A DNA stretch of 63,413 bases, the filler included, from Chiloscyllium plagiosum (Eukaryota): NCBI RefSeq assembly GCF_004010195.1. It is 5 parts of one record of this genome, joined end to end, with 100 filler letters (N's around TTAATTAATTAA, not from the genome) between each part and the next. Parts side by side here need not be neighbours in the genome. Positions count along the whole stretch, not along the records: positions 1 to 29,398 come from NC_057716.1; 4 more parts are not named here. The stretch is one strand, 5' to 3'. Positions 9,690 to 23,500 of this stretch are shown here, piece after piece. A program made the translations under genes and the position numbers. Within the stretch, counting starts at the first letter, position 1, and every line of letters starts with the position of its first letter. The notes under the pieces are model-generated. The model searched no databases. It had not been told where the DNA came from and worked only from the letters and a program-made list of their open reading frames with translations.

Positions 9690-12545
9690 TCTGAAATGCA
9701 TATGTTTCAATCCAAAAAATATGATAGGCAAGTTAGATGAATTTAGAGCTTTGATTAGTACTTAGAATTATGACATTACTGCGATTACAGAGGAACAGAA
9801 TTGGCAACTGAATGTCCCAGGAGTTAGAGGTTTCAGACGGGGAGGTAAAAGGGGTGGGAGAGTTGCATTACTGGTAAAGGAGTATCTCACAGCTGTACTG
9901 AGGGAGGATACATCAGAGGACTCACACAGTGAGGCACTGTGGGTAGAACTCAGGAATAGGAAAGGTGAAATCACAATACTACAGGCCTCCAAACAGCCAT
10001 CAGGAGATAGAGGGGAGAATATGTAGACAGATTTTGGAAAGATGTAAAACTAGCAGAGTTGTTGTGGTAGGTGATTTTAACTTCCCTAATATTGACTGGG
10101 ACTCACTATGTACTAGGGACTTGGATGGGGCAGAATTTGTAAGGAACATTCAGGAGGGATTCTTGACATAATATGTATACAGTCCAATTTGGGAAGGAGT
10201 TATATTAGATCTGGTTTTGGAAAATGAGCCCGGACAGGTGAGTGAAGTTTCAGTGGGGGAGCAATTCAGGAGTAGTGAGCATAATATTATGAACTTTAAG
10301 ATATCCACGAATAGGGAAAACCTCTTGGGTGAGGGCATTAAATTGGGGGAAGGGGAACTATAACAATATTAGGCAGGAACTGGAGAATTTTGATTGGACA
10401 TGGCTGTTTGAAGGTAGATCTACATCGGATATGTAGGAGTATTTCAAATGGCAACCAATAGGAGTTCAGGAGTGGCACACTCCTGCAAGAATGAGGGATA
10501 GATATGGCAAGATATGTGAACCTTGGATGACCAGGGATGTTCTGACCTTGGTCAGAAAGATAAAGGAAGCATACATAAGGTCAAGGAGAATGGGAACTAA
10601 TGAAGCCCTGCAAGTATATAAGGAAAGTGGGAAAGAACTTAAATAAGGAATTAGAAGTGCTAAAAGTGATCATGAAAAGTCATTAGCAAAAAGGATTAAG
10701 GAGGATCTCAAAGCTTTTTATACAGATATAAAAAAACAAGATTGCGTCCCGGGAAAGGGTTGGCCCACTCAAGGACAAAGGAAATAATCTGTGTGTGGAG
10801 CCAGAAGAGGTAGGTGAGGTCCTAAACAAAGACTTTGTGTCACCAAAGAGAAGGAATTAGATCTCATAGAAGGAGTATCAAATCTCTGCCAAGTTGCTAT
10901 TAAAAAGGAAAATGTATTGTCCATCTTAGAAGTATTAAGCTAAATAGGTCCCTGGGTCCTGGTGGGATCTATCCCACAATCTTGAGGGAGGCAAGAGAAC
11001 AAATTGCTGGAGCATTGGCAGACATTTTTATATCCTCTTTGGCCACGGGTGAGGTCCCCATGTACTGGAGAATAGCCAATGTTGTCCCATTGTTTAAGAA
11101 GAGATAATCCTGGAAATTAAAGACCTGTGAGTCTCACATTGGTGGTAGGGAAATTATTGGAAAAGATTCTCAGGGACAAGATCTATATGCATGTAGAAGC
11201 AAATGGACATATTCGTGATGGACAGCATGGTTTTGTGCAAAGGAGGTCGTATCTCACTAGCTTGATCGTGTTTTATTGAGAAGGTGAAAATGAGGGAAAA
11301 GCAGCTGATGTTGTTGACATGGACTGCAGTAAAACCTCTGACAAAGTCCTTCATAGCAGACTGTACAAAAGGTGAAGTCATGTAGTATAAGGGGTGAGTT
11401 GGCAAGATGGATACAGAACTGACATAGTCATAGGAGATAGAGGAAAGCAATGGAAGGATGCTTTTTGGAATGAAGGGTTGTAACTAGTGGTGTTCCACAG
11501 GGGTCAGTGCTGGGACCTCCACTGTTCATGGTCTACATAAATGATTTGAAGGAAAACATAGCTGATCTAATTAGTAAGTTTGCCCACCATATAAAAATTG
11601 GTGGAGTTGCAGATAGTGAGGAGGATTGTCAGAAGACGCAGCAGGATATAGATCAGTTGGAGGCTTGGGCAGAAAAATGGCAGATGGAGTTAGATCTGGA
11701 CAAATGTGAGGTGATGCATTTTGGAAGGTCAAGTACAAATGGAAGTTATACAGTGAATGGCAAAGGGAACTGGGTGTGTAGGTTCACAGATCACTGAAAA
11801 TGGCAGCACAGATAGATAAGGTAGTAAAAATGGCTTATGAATTGCTTACCTTCATTGAAAGGGGCATTGAGCATAAGGATAGAAAGGTTATGCTGCAACT
11901 TTAATGAATTTTAGTTAGGCCACACTTGAAATATTGCATACAGTTCTGGTCACCACACTATCAAAAGGATGTGGATGTTTTGGAGAGGGTACAGAAAAGG
12001 TTTACCAGGATGTTGGGGAATTTTAGCTATGAAGAAAGTTTGGGAAGACTGGGTTTACTTTCATTGGAACACAGGAGGTTGAGGGGCTTGCTTATAGACA
12101 TTTATAGACATGGCATGGATAGAGTGGAAAGTATAAGACTTTTTTTCCCAGGGTTGAGGGGTCAAGGGGTCAATTACTAAGGGACACAGGTTCAAGGGAT
12201 GTGTGTGTGTGTGCGTGTGTGCAGGTGTGTGAGTGTGTGTGTGTGTAGATGGTGGTGGTGGGAGGGGAGGTGGAATGGAGGGGGAGGTTTCAAGTTTTAA
12301 AATGATGTGCCAAGTGAGTTTTTCACACAAAGATTGGTGAGTGCCTGGAATGCATTGTCAGAGGAGTGTAGAAGCAGACACAACAGCAGCATTCAAGAAA
12401 CACCTGGATGAATACATGAATAGGAAGGGAATAGAAGGATATAGATCCTGTAAGTGAAGATAGTTTTAGAACAGAAGGGCAAAATGTGTGAGCTGAGACT
12501 TGAAAGGTCAAAGGGCCTATTGCTGTGCTGTATTGTTCTTTTTTC
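9690..12545 (+). mobile_element. CR1 LINE, near-complete degenerate ORF2 (APE endonuclease and RT) plus 3' tail
   Basis: YYRPPNS, VVVGDFNFPNIDW, LGPPLFMVYINDL and YCIQFWSPHYQKD motifs; interrupted by a GT microsatellite. Confidence 0.9.
12200..12245. repeat. (GT)n microsatellite followed by a G-rich tract
   Basis: Imperfect gtgtgt run seen directly. Confidence 0.9.
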
Positions 12546-12951
12546 TCTTAGTTCAATTCTCCTGTCTCAAATTGATATAAATAGCTCTTCTGTGGGACCA
12601 GTCCTCCCCTGCCTTGGATCAACCTTTTCCAGACTGCATGAGCAACTAAAACCTATGTACCTGGGATTGTTTGTTCAAGAAGAATTAGTTTCTACCTGCC
12701 TCAAGCCCCACTTTAATGGCTGGTACCCCAAGCAAAAAATTATGATTCTAGTTGGATTAATCCTCTCTGGGATATGTTTAATTTGTTATGCATTTCACCC
12801 AAAAGAAATCACTTATAGGACAGATACTTGCAAAACTGTGAAATGTGTCAGCCCTTCTACATTGAGAAAGCATATTATAATTTAACAAGGTGAAAACTCT
12901 GAAATACTTGTCTTTCACACAGAGCAGTAAAATTAACAGCTTGGTCCTTAC

Positions 12952-13282
12952 TTGTGTAGTGAGTGTATCAAGGGCTGCAAGTGCAGATTCCAGAATTGGC
13001 AAAGCTTGTGCCAGATCAGCATCACATTCATCCTTAATTGCTTTGGCAGCCATGGCTTGATCATTTGCTATGATTTCATCAGCTTTCACAATCTCCTCTG
13101 TTCGTGAGACCTCAATAGACTCTTTTTCAATGATTATCATCATTTCATCTACTGCTGAACTTGCAACTATTAGTTCAGGCTGCAAGGCTTCCAGTTCTGC
13201 CTGCATTGTAGCTACCTGAGATGCAGCAGATTCAAGCTTTTCTAAACCAACTTCATATCTTCTTTTCATCTTCACTACTTCA
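12952..13282 (-). CDS. DNAH7: DNAH7 internal exon (stalk coiled coil CC1: EVVKMKRRYEVGLEKL...DECDADLAQALPILESALAALDTLTTQ)
   Basis: tttAG acceptor at 13284-13283, GTAAGG donor from 12951; 331 nt, phase 2 to 0; the split codon AC|T joins the previous exon in frame. Confidence 0.95.
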
Positions 13283-14984
13283 CTAAAGACAGAACATATA
13301 AAACATTACCAACATCTTAGAGAACTGTTATGGTGCAAAATAAAAGTTAAAGCCACAATGACTTTTAGTGCCATAATGAATGGTTCAAATTCCTGCTGGA
13401 AAAATCAGCACATGTAATCAGCTCCCTCTGAAACACATCCATTTCATTCTCTGCTCCTGAAAGCCTGCATAATGTCATGGCTACTGGGCCCACGCATCCT
13501 CAGACCCTTTTTGCTGCTGCCCTCCAGATTTGAGATGTTTTAATACTCAGCAACTATTCCAATGTCCAGCATTTCATACCAAAGAAAATTTGAGAAATAG
13601 TTTCAAACTCCAAATAATCAATATTCAAAAGTAATAAATGGAGAAGCACTTGTCAAACAGCCAGATATCTGGCCCTAAAGTAACTGCGTAAATGATAAAC
13701 CAGAATTAAGTTGATACAGGTGAAGATCTTTTCAAATATTGCATCTAAAAGCCATGATATTCCCTCCATGATATGCTGAACTTAAGAACATGCTGTTTCA
13801 GGTGGTCAAAGGAATTAATTGAACAAGAAGTCCTTGATCCACATTGAGGACCATTTCTTTAAACAACATATATAAACAATATCTGCACTTATTAAATCTG
13901 TCACATCTTCCTGGATAAATGTGGAGAGTTCATGACACATTGTTGTTAATGCATAAACTAGCAAATATCTTCAAGGGAAAAGATTGTAAACCCCCAAATA
14001 TTGATGGTTGACTTATGTTGTTAGGTTCACACAAATGGGACCCCATTCTTTGCTACCTCATTATTTTAAGAACTTGCTGAATTTACACATTAAACTGAAA
14101 TTAAACTTGCCACAGAAAGCAAGAGGTCATATTTACTAACAGTCAGGAAACTCTTTTAACAATTTGTTAATTGACCATTATGTCCTAATCCATCTCTGTC
14201 CCAGAAAAGGAACGAATAAAACTATTCAGTCTCATCCCTGCATATCTGAAAATTGTAACTAGGGGGGGTTTTGAAAATGTCACGTTTTAATTTTCATATT
14301 ATTTCTTGAATATTACATTATTTCTGTTTTCACCCTCTCTGTCCAACATTCCCCTTTTTAATTTATTTTTCTGTACATGGTTTCACTTTAATTTACCCCC
14401 TTCTCCATTGTCCCTCTACTTCTTTCTCACCCCTTAGTTAAAAGAGGTAAATCGTTGGAACTTACCATTCACTTAGGTTGCACCTGACCTCTTATGCTAT
14501 TGTGCTATTGTAGCTCACAGATGATAATATGATTTATTCAAGCTGCAGGGTGCTACAAAAATTCTAACAAGTTACATCTCAAGGTTTGACTACAATACTT
14601 AAACTATTTCTGTACTTAGGTGAAGTAGCTGCTGTGAACAACTATTGACCACCTGGACCAATATGATTTTCCACCTCAACTGGGATCAACAGACAGGCAT
14701 CTGAAAATGGGCAATATATCAACTTCTGACAGCAGATTATTGGAGAAATTGGAATATTGTATACTTTTGAGCCTATTTACTTACTTTTCTTATTCAGATG
14801 GATGGGAAGCTAACACGTCACAAATGGAAATGTAAGAAAATTGTTTGCCATATATTAGTCATTAGTTCATCTAAACCAATAGTATGTTGGCCTTTATTGG
14901 AAGAGGATTTGAACACAGGAATAAAGAAATCTTGCTGCAATTGTAAACTCTTGATAAGACTATACCTGAAGTATCTGTAATAAA

Positions 14985-15435
14985 ATAAAACAAAGGATGC
15001 TAGAGATCTGAAATTTAAAAATTCAGAAAGTGCTAGTGAAATTCAGCAGGTCCATCAACATGTTTGGAGATAAAGAACAGAGTTAATGTTTAAAGTCGAG
15101 TGACCCCTTCTTCAGAAAGTAAGGCAGCTAAGATATGGTACTATCTATACTAATGATGAGAGGGTTGGGTGGGGAGGGAACTGAGACAGATAGATGGAGA
15201 CAGTGGCCAGCCAGAAAGAAAAGAAATAGGGCAAAGGGTCTCCTCTAGATTGGGAAGAAATAATGTAGACTGTATGACTGTCCATAACAATGACCCAAGC
15301 TTCAGTTGACTGCCATTTCAGCACACCACCGTGTTTCCATTCCAACATTTCTGTCTCAGGCCAGTTGCAGCATTCCAGCGAAGCTCAATTTAACTTGGAA
15401 GAACAACACTTCATCTTCCACAATAGGCTTGTTAC
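14985..15435. mobile_element. PLE foldback: tail on minus, then GIY-YIG C-terminal part on plus; continues at 17383-17750 after a CR1 insertion
   Basis: Decayed CTGAAGAAGG core at about 15085-15115 (minus); LEEQHFIFH motif at about 15395-15420; the mirrored tail resumes after the CR1. Confidence 0.6.
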
Positions 15436-15439
15436 AGAG

Positions 15440-17380
15440 TTCAGGGCAAGAAAATAAAGGAGGCACATGACAAGTATGGACAGCTGGGATCGGATGAATC
15501 TTTTAAAGAGTATAAGGGCAGTAGGAGTGTACTCAAGAGGGAAATCAGAAGGGTGAAAAGTGGACACAAGATGACTTTGGCAAATAAGCTTAAGGAGAAT
15601 CCAAAGAGATTCTACAAATATGTTAACGGCAAATGAGTAACTAGGAAGAGAAGACGGTCCCTCAAAGATCAACAAGGCCACCTATGTGTGGAACTACAGG
15701 AGATGGGTGAGGTACTAAGTAAGTATTTTGCGTCAGTATTTACGGTGGAGAGGGATATGGAAGCTAGAGAATTTGGAGAAATAAATAGTGATATCTTGGG
15801 AAGTGTATGTATTACAGAGGAGGAGGTGCTGGACATCTTAAAACTCAAAGTGGATAAATCCATGGGATCTGACCAGGTGCATCCTAGAACTTTGTGGGAA
15901 GCTGATTGCTGGGACCCTTGCTGAGACATCTGGGTCATCAGTAGCCCTGGATGGGGTGCCAGAAGTTTGGAGGGTGGCTAATGCGGTGCCTTTATTTTAG
16001 AAAATTGATCAGGAAAAGCCAGAGAGCTATAGATCAGTGAGCCTGATCTATAAGTGAGCCTGGGTAAGTTGTTGGAGGGGATTCTGAGGGACAGAACTAA
16101 CATGTATTTTGAAAGGCAAGGACAGATTAGGGATAGTCAACAGGGCTTAGTGCATGGGAAATCGTGTCTTACTAACTTGATTACGTTTTTTGAACAAGTG
16201 ACAAAGAAGGTTGACAAAGGCAGAGCAGTGGACGTTGTTTATATGGACTTGAGCAAGGCATTTGACAAGGTTCTGCATGGTAGACTGGTTTGCAAAGTTA
16301 AATTACATGGAATCCAGGGAGAGTTAGCCATTTGGATACAAAATTGGCTCATAGGTAGGAGACAGAGCATGTTGGTAGAGGATTGCTTTTCAGACTTCAG
16401 GCCTGGTACCAGGGGTGTGCCACAAGGATTGGCTGGACCATTACTTTTTGTCACTTGAATATAAGAGGAATGGTTAGTAAGTTTGCAGATGACACCAAAA
16501 TTGGTAGTGTGGTGGACAGTGAGAGGTTATCTCAGCGCACAACGAGACATTGATCAGATGTGCTGTTGGTCTGAAGAGTGGCAGATGGAGTTTAATTTAG
16601 ATACATATGACGTATTGCATTATGGTAAGAAAAATCAAGGCAGACTTATGCACTTAATGATAAGGTTTTGGTGAGTGTGGCCAAACATAGAGACCTTGGG
16701 GTACAGGTTCACAGTTCTTGAAAGTGGAGTTGCAGGTTAAGAAGATAGTTAAGGCGATGTTTGGTATGCTTGCCTTTAGTGGTCAGTGCATTGAGAACAA
16801 GAGTTGGAATATCATATTGTGCAAAACAGTTCATTGGTTAGGTCACTTCTGGAATACTGTGTTCAGTTCTGATCTCCCTGCTATAGGAAAAATGTTGTGA
16901 AACTTGAAAGAGTGCAGAAATGATTTACAAGGATGTTGCCAGGGTTGGAGGGTTTGAGCTATAAAGAGAGGCTGAATAGGCAGGGGCTATTTTCTCTGGA
17001 GCACTGGAGGCTGAGGGGATGAACTTATAGAGGTCTATAAAATCATGAGGGGCATGGATAGGATAAATAGACAAGATCTCCAGGATAGGGGAGTCCAAAG
17101 CTAGAGTACATAGGTTTAAGGTGAGACCGGAAAGATTTAAAAGGGACCTAAGGGGCAATGTTTTCACACATAAATTGCTGCCAGAGGAGGTGTTAGAGGC
17201 TGGTACAATTACACCACTTAAAAGGCATCTGAATGGGTACATGAATTGGGAGGGTTTAAAGGGATATGGGTCAAATGCTGACAAATGGAACGAGATTGGG
17301 GTGGGAAATCTGATCAGTATGGATGAGCTAGACCAAAGGGTCTGTTTCCATGGCGTACATCTCAATGACTCTATGACTCA
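15440..17380 (+). mobile_element. CR1 LINE, 5'-truncated, inserted in a PLE
   Basis: GKSCLTNLITFFE, YMDLSKAFDKVLH and GVPQG motifs; ATGACTCTATGACTC tail. Confidence 0.9.
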
Positions 17381-17382
17381 AC

Positions 17383-17750
17383 ATTGAGTTTAACATTTGC
17401 AAAATATGAACCCCAGGTCCTGTCCTGTATGGGTTGATCTCAGCACAGCCAACCTATTTTAAAGTACTCACAGTCCCCAATATCACCTCTTCTTCCCTGG
17501 ATTACTATCAACAATCCTTTTTTCTGCTTCTCTCTTTTTTCTCTCTCTCTCTGAGCACTATCTCCCTCTGTCTGTATCACTTCATTACTCCATCCTCCAC
17601 AGTCCCTGTCTCTGCCATCAGCATAAATATCACTATTTTCGAACTGCTTACAGTTCTGACAAAGGTCCCTGGACTCGAACATTAACTCTGATTTATCTCT
17701 CCACAGGTGCTGTCAGACCTGCTGAGTTTCTCCAAGACTTTTGTCTGGTG
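17383..17750 (+). mobile_element. PLE 3' tail (second half of the element split by CR1)
   Basis: CAACATTGAGTTTAACA end-of-ORF motif, pyrimidine-rich UTR, decayed CTGACAAAGG core at about 17655, GTCAGACCTGCTGAGTTTCTCC tail. Confidence 0.6.
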
Positions 17751-17754
17751 TGTC

Positions 17755-18280
17755 TTGTAGCTTTGGTTTCCTTACTTAAGAAAGGATATTCTTGCCATAC
17801 TATAAAGGTTCATCAGACTGGCATGTAGTAAAGCAGGATTGTTCCACGAAAAGAAATTTAGGAGACTTAGCCAACATTCTTCAGAGTTTAGAGGAATGAG
17901 AAGTGGTCTCAATAACCGTGCAAAATTCTTACATGACTTGACAGATAAATGCAGGAAGGTTATTTCCCTAGTTTTGGGGCCTAGAGCCAGGGGACACAGT
18001 TTCAAGGTAAGAGCTAAGCCAATTTAAACTGAAATGAGGAAGAACGTCTCCATTCAGATGTTGGTAAATCTTTAGAATTCTCTACCCTACAGGGCTATGG
18101 AGTCTAGGTCATGGAGTACATTCAAGACAGAAATCAAAAGATTTCTAGATATTATCTGTATATCTATGGATGTGGAGAAAATGCATTGAGGTAGAAGATC
18201 AGTCATAAACAATTTCAATGATGGAGCAGGCTTGTGGTACCAATGGTCTATTCCTGTTTTTATTTCCAAATGTTCCTGAA
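17755..18280 (+). mobile_element. Old CR1 3' end
   Basis: EFRGMRSGL and RARGHSFKV motifs followed by a CR1-type 3' UTR. Confidence 0.7.
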
Positions 18281-19261
18281 CTTGTGCCTCTGAACTGAGA
18301 GCTAATTAAATACTTTTGACGTCTGCAATACATAATTGCTCTACAATCAAGATGAAAATGGGTTGGACTTTATGGCCACCAACAGGTAGGGAAGCAGGGA
18401 GCTGGACCTGCATAGTTAATTGCAATGTCTATAGTGATGTTCCAGCTCCAGTCCATTTGCTGCAGTGTGATTTTAGGGAAGACACTGGACAGGCCTTCTG
18501 CCTGTGGTCCAGTTGATGCCCTATAATGAGCAATTAATGGCATCTACCCTAAACAGCTGTCAGTCTGGCATCCCAAAAGTTATCTGCAAGTCCGGGTCCA
18601 TTAATGAATCCTTTCTCTTTGGCCTAGCTGTGGTCCCAGCAGTAGCCACCATTCTTGGTGAGCTGTGGCCAATTGGATGTGGTGGCTCTTCCTCCCAGAA
18701 TAGTTTGGAAGTCTCACATTATAACCATTGAGCTAATGATGCCTGTCTGTTGAAAAATTACAGTGGACACAAATCCGCTCTTGACATTTACACTGGGGTT
18801 TGGGAAGCCTACCCTTCATATATAATTCAGTGCAAGCCTCAATACCTGTATATGTTCTGGCAATGGGGAAAGAATGTCACTCCAAGCTTTTTGAGAACTT
18901 CTGTTGCTGAATTATATTAGAAAGACCAACTAATTATATTCACTTTCATGAATAAAATAAAGGTTTAATATTCAATAATTAGTTGGACTTTCAAAATTTA
19001 GCATCATCTCAATTATTGGAATTTTCAGTAAGGTCATTGGGGGAATAATGTATGTTATACTCCTTTGTAGCTGCCAAGTTTAATTGTGAGCAGACACAAG
19101 AATTAGCAGGCATTTGAAAATATAATTAACACTCATTAGTGAACTTGTGTCAAAATAATACATTTTCAGTTTATTTGGACAATTTAGGCCCTGGCTGCAC
19201 TATCAAATGTCAGACATGAAAATCCTAAAACTATAAAATGCTCTATATAATTTGTGCTTAC

Positions 19262-19491
19262 GTTCTTTTTACTTCAAGTAATACTTGGAATGTGGAGATC
19301 AGTTCCAAGTAAGATGTAGGAGTCACATAGTTGTGTCTCTGAAGCTCTGTGTGGAATGTTTCAGACAATTCAATAGTTGACGTATGAAAACTCTTGCACA
19401 TATCGATGCAGCCCAGACGTATATCCTGTGCCATTTCAATGTCTCCCAAAGCACGTGTTGCTACAGCTTGCAAAGCATCTTCAGGCCAAGA
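19262..19491 (-). CDS. DNAH7: Dynein axonemal heavy chain 7, internal exon (end of AAA4 / start of stalk: SWPEDALQAVA...NYVTPTSYLELISTF...KR)
   Basis: Acceptor AG at 19493-19492, donor GTAAG from 19261; 230 nt, phase 0 to 2; conserved dynein motifs WPEDAL and YVTPTSYLELI. Confidence 0.93.
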
Positions 19492-19589
19492 CTAAATTAA
19501 ATGGAATAGTAACAAAGAAAGTAGCAAATGCAAAATAAGATTAAAATTATGCTGAGATAAAGGGGAAAAAATTCTACTTACAGTAAGCT

Positions 19590-19945
19590 TATCACAATCA
19601 CTCCAAAGTACTCCAAAGTTAATCAAATACTTCTGAAGTAGAGACTGGTCAAAAGACAACTCCCACAAACAACATGATAACAATGAGATAATTTGCCTTT
19701 TTCTGGCGAAATTGCTTGAGGGATAACTATTGGTCAGATCACCAGGGATAACCTCCTTACTCTTCTTCAGAATAGTGCTGAGAGATTATTTATCTGTTTC
19801 ATAACCTCAACTGAAAGACAGCATCACTGACATTGCAGAAATCTCTCACTACTGCATTGGCGTGTGTCAGCCCTGATGTGTGTCCAAGATTTAGTGAATT
19901 CACAGATCCAAATGGGAGAATGCTACCAAATAAGACACAGTGGAC
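19590..19945 (-). mobile_element. Deu-domain SINE (SacSINE1/AmnSINE1-like), degenerate
   Basis: Minus strand contains TGCAATGTCAGTGATGCTGTCTTTCAG...CACTATTCTGAAGAAGAGTAAGGAG...CCAATAGTTATCCCTCAA, matching the Deu-domain consensus as I recall it. Confidence 0.6.
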
Positions 19946-20194
19946 TTAGTGTGAAGTGAAAACTTAATTCCTTCTCAAAGTTTTTTTTCTCAAAGATTTT
20001 GGAGCTGTGCATTGGAATCATTGCATTGTTAAGACTTTGTTGATCTAAACAAAATTACTGCTGTGAAACAGCTGGCTAAATTCAAGAAAAAAAACAGGTC
20101 ACGCAGGGTACAGAAAAGGCAACTACTCATCAAGTATTGCAGACTGTAAACTGTTCTAGCCCACACTGGAAATCCACTATTCTCTTTCAATTGA

Positions 20195-20555
20195 AACATA
20201 AAACAGAAAGTGCTGGAGAAACTCACCAGGTGTGGCATCAGCATTTGCAAGGAAATCAAAGCTTCCAGACCAACGTGAAACTTCTTTGGAATTAAAGGAT
20301 ATGAAAAAATGATGGATTTCATGCTGAAGGTGGGAAATGGATCAGAGCAAAAGTGAAAGAGAGTGATTATGGAAGCAGAAAAGTGACATACAAACAGAGC
20401 AAGTGTTGAAAACAGAAGATACGTCACCTCTGCTTAAAGCAAAACCGTACATGAATAACATTGGAGTGGTGAGAGACGGTAATAAAAATGGAGAATGTAT
20501 TCATCGTCTGAAGTCAATGAATAAACGTTGAATCCAGAAAGCTGTGGGGTTGCAT
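20195..20555 (-). mobile_element. PLE 3' tail (downstream half of the PLE split by Gypsy)
   Basis: AAACAGAAAGTGCTGGAGAAACTCACCAGG reverse-complement tail shared with other PLE ends; continues at 24260. Confidence 0.55.
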
Positions 20556-20569
20556 GTGGGGTGGTCCTA

Positions 20570-23500
20570 TAATCAATTATGGAACGATTAGGCTGTAGGC
20601 TGTTTCTTTAAGCCTGTCTTAAAAATTTGGACGGCTCGTGCTGCCAGACCATTGGATGATGAATGGTGCAGACCTGTCCTTACATGCTGAACACTATTCA
20701 ACTTTAGGAAACAATCATACTCCCTGCTGGTAAACAATGGCCTATTAACTGTGATCAAAACAACCAGGAGTTCATGTATTGCAAAAGATGTGCGCATCTT
20801 TTACTATTGTCATCCCTGTGTTTGACAAATGAACTCTATGCATGTCCAGCCAGTTTGAGTGGGTGCCCACAATGACTAAGAACTTTGAGCCCTTGAAGAG
20901 ACCTTCATAGTTGATGTGCAACTGAGTCCAGGGTTTACCTATCAATTCTCATGAATGCGGAGGGGCTGTTGGTGGTAATTTTTGTTGGCATTGTGGACAC
21001 AACCGCACCAATGCTGCTAAGTCTGCATCCAATACTGGCCAGCAGACATAACTTCTTGCCAACGTCTTCATTTTGGAAATCCCTGAGTGACTCCGGAGGA
21101 GTTCAGCCAATATCTGCTGGCGACCTTTACTCAGGACAATCACTCGTGCTCCTCATAATAATATGACATCCTCTACTGTGGTCTGGTCTCTCCAGGTCCA
21201 AAAAGGTTTCAATTCTAGTTGTGATGGCCCTATGGTTTTCCCCATCAGTTTCAGTTTTGCTAGGCCCAGATCTTTGTGCATCCAAAGACTGATATTGTCA
21301 GCTCTGACTGGAGGTGTGCCCAGAAAATTTTAAACCATCACAGGTTCTTCCAAAGATGGTACCACCAATGATGTATCTACCATTTAATGGCAGTTCAATG
21401 CATCCGCATTTGATCCTTGGCCTCTTGGATGGTGTTACAACTTGTAATTATACACACTTAGTATTACAGCCCACGGTGAATGTGTCCTGAAGCTATGGGC
21501 TGCATAGCCTTATCCTCTTTAAGTAGACCTAGCAGGTGTTTGTGGTCCATTATTGTTACAAATGTATGTCTGTAAAGGAATTCTTGCCTCCAAATATGAT
21601 CGCCAATTCTTCCTTCTTTATCTGGACGTATTTACACTCGGCATTAGCCAAAGTCCTGGGTGCATACACTGTTGAGTGTTCCTCTCCATTGGGCCACCTA
21701 TGCGCTAATACTACCCCAATGCAATATAGGGAGACATTGCAAGTCATTACCAGATCTTGCTTGGGATCATAGTGTGCCAACACCTTAGAAGATGATAGCT
21801 ATTTGTTCACTTCCCCAAAAGCTATGGCTTGGCTACATGACCACTTCCAAACACAAGACTTGATGACTGCTGTGTGGAGGCTTTTTTAAGAGGTGATGCA
21901 AAGGTGCCAGGATGGAGGCCAGGTTATGGATGAACTTTCAACAATAAATCACCATCCAAGAGAAAGACCTAAGCTCCGTGAATGTGGAAACCGGAACACT
22001 TTTGATCACCCTCACTTCTTCTAACAGGTGTAATCCAGTCTTGTCGACTCCGTAGTTCAAAGTACATCACTTGGTGTGCATGGAACACATATTTTTCCCT
22101 TCTAAGGCATACGCCTGCCTGGCAGAAACATTTAAGGACTTTGTCCAAGTTCTCTAAGCATTCTTATTGCTCTTTCCCTTATTGGCAATGTCATCTAGAT
22201 AACATGTTCTCCATCATCCACCGAAATATTGCACAGGTCTTGATTCCCCAAATGACAGTCTCGTATATTGATAGAAATACGTATGGATATTAATTCTAGC
22301 ATACTTCTGGGAATCCTCATTTAACCTCAATTGTACATATGCATGGTTCATGTCCAGCCTCACTAAGGACAGCCCCCTTGCCAGCTTTGTGTATAAATCC
22401 CCTATGCAACGGATTGGGTATTTATCCAGCTGTGGAAAGTGCTTTATTGTTTGTTTAAAATTCCCACAAAGATGACCTGATCTATCGGCCTTCAAAATTG
22501 GTACAATCGGTGCTTCCCATTCTGCAAATTGGAATGATTTGATTATAGAACATAGAACATAGAACATTACAGCGCAGTACAGGCCCTTCGGCCCTCAATG
22601 TTGTGGCGACTTGTCATACCAATCTGAAGCCCATCTAACCTACACTATTCCAGGTACGTCCATATGCTTGTCCAATGACGACTGAAATGTACTTAAAGTT
22701 GGCGAATCTACTACCGTTGCAGGCAAAGCATTCCATACCCTTACTACTCTCTGAGTAAAGAAACTACCTCTGACATCTGCCCTATATCTATCATCCCTCA
22801 ATTTAAAGCTATGCCGCTCATGCTCACCGTCACCATACTTGGAAAAAGGGTCTCCCTGTCCACCCTATCTAACCCTCTGATTATCTTATCATTCCTTTGC
22901 TTTTCAGCCTTCTAATATCTGTCTATGCTTTTGCCTGTGAGGCAAATAGCATTGGGCAGGCCTTGTAGAATTGTGCAATTGCTACCTGGTCAATATGCAA
23001 GGTGGCCTTCGCTCCTTTAATAGTTTCTAGACCTTCCTGAAAAAGCACTTGGTATTTAATTAGGACTTCACTCAGGTAGCCATTTTCTAAGCAAAAATGT
23101 TGAGCCAATCTAGGTGAATCTTTCTCAACCAATTTCACCCCATGAATCTTGGACCTGAGCCTTTTATGACAATCAATGGTAACTGAACCAGTTGCTTCTC
23201 ATAACAGGCCAGATCCAAAGTTATACCCTTAACCTGTAAAGATTCCCCAGTATAGGTTCTCAGTCTAGCCGAGATCTTGCGCATACTTAAGTGTTGGAGT
23301 CCAGAGTGAATTTTGTTAAAGACTAGTTCTGAGATCACTGAAACAGCTGCACTGGTACCAACCTCCATTAGAAGTGGGTGACCATTTAACCTGATATCTA
23401 TTTTGATTTGTCTGATTTGGATGTTGCTAACTTTCCAGGATGTGCACTTGACTGGATACTGGCCTCTGAGTTCTCTTACTCAGTTTAGATCTAGTGGGAC

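Noticed and set aside
12778..13275. ORF-track dynein ORFs as standalone small genes
   Set aside because: They are spliced internal exons; ORF ends run into introns beyond the GT donors.
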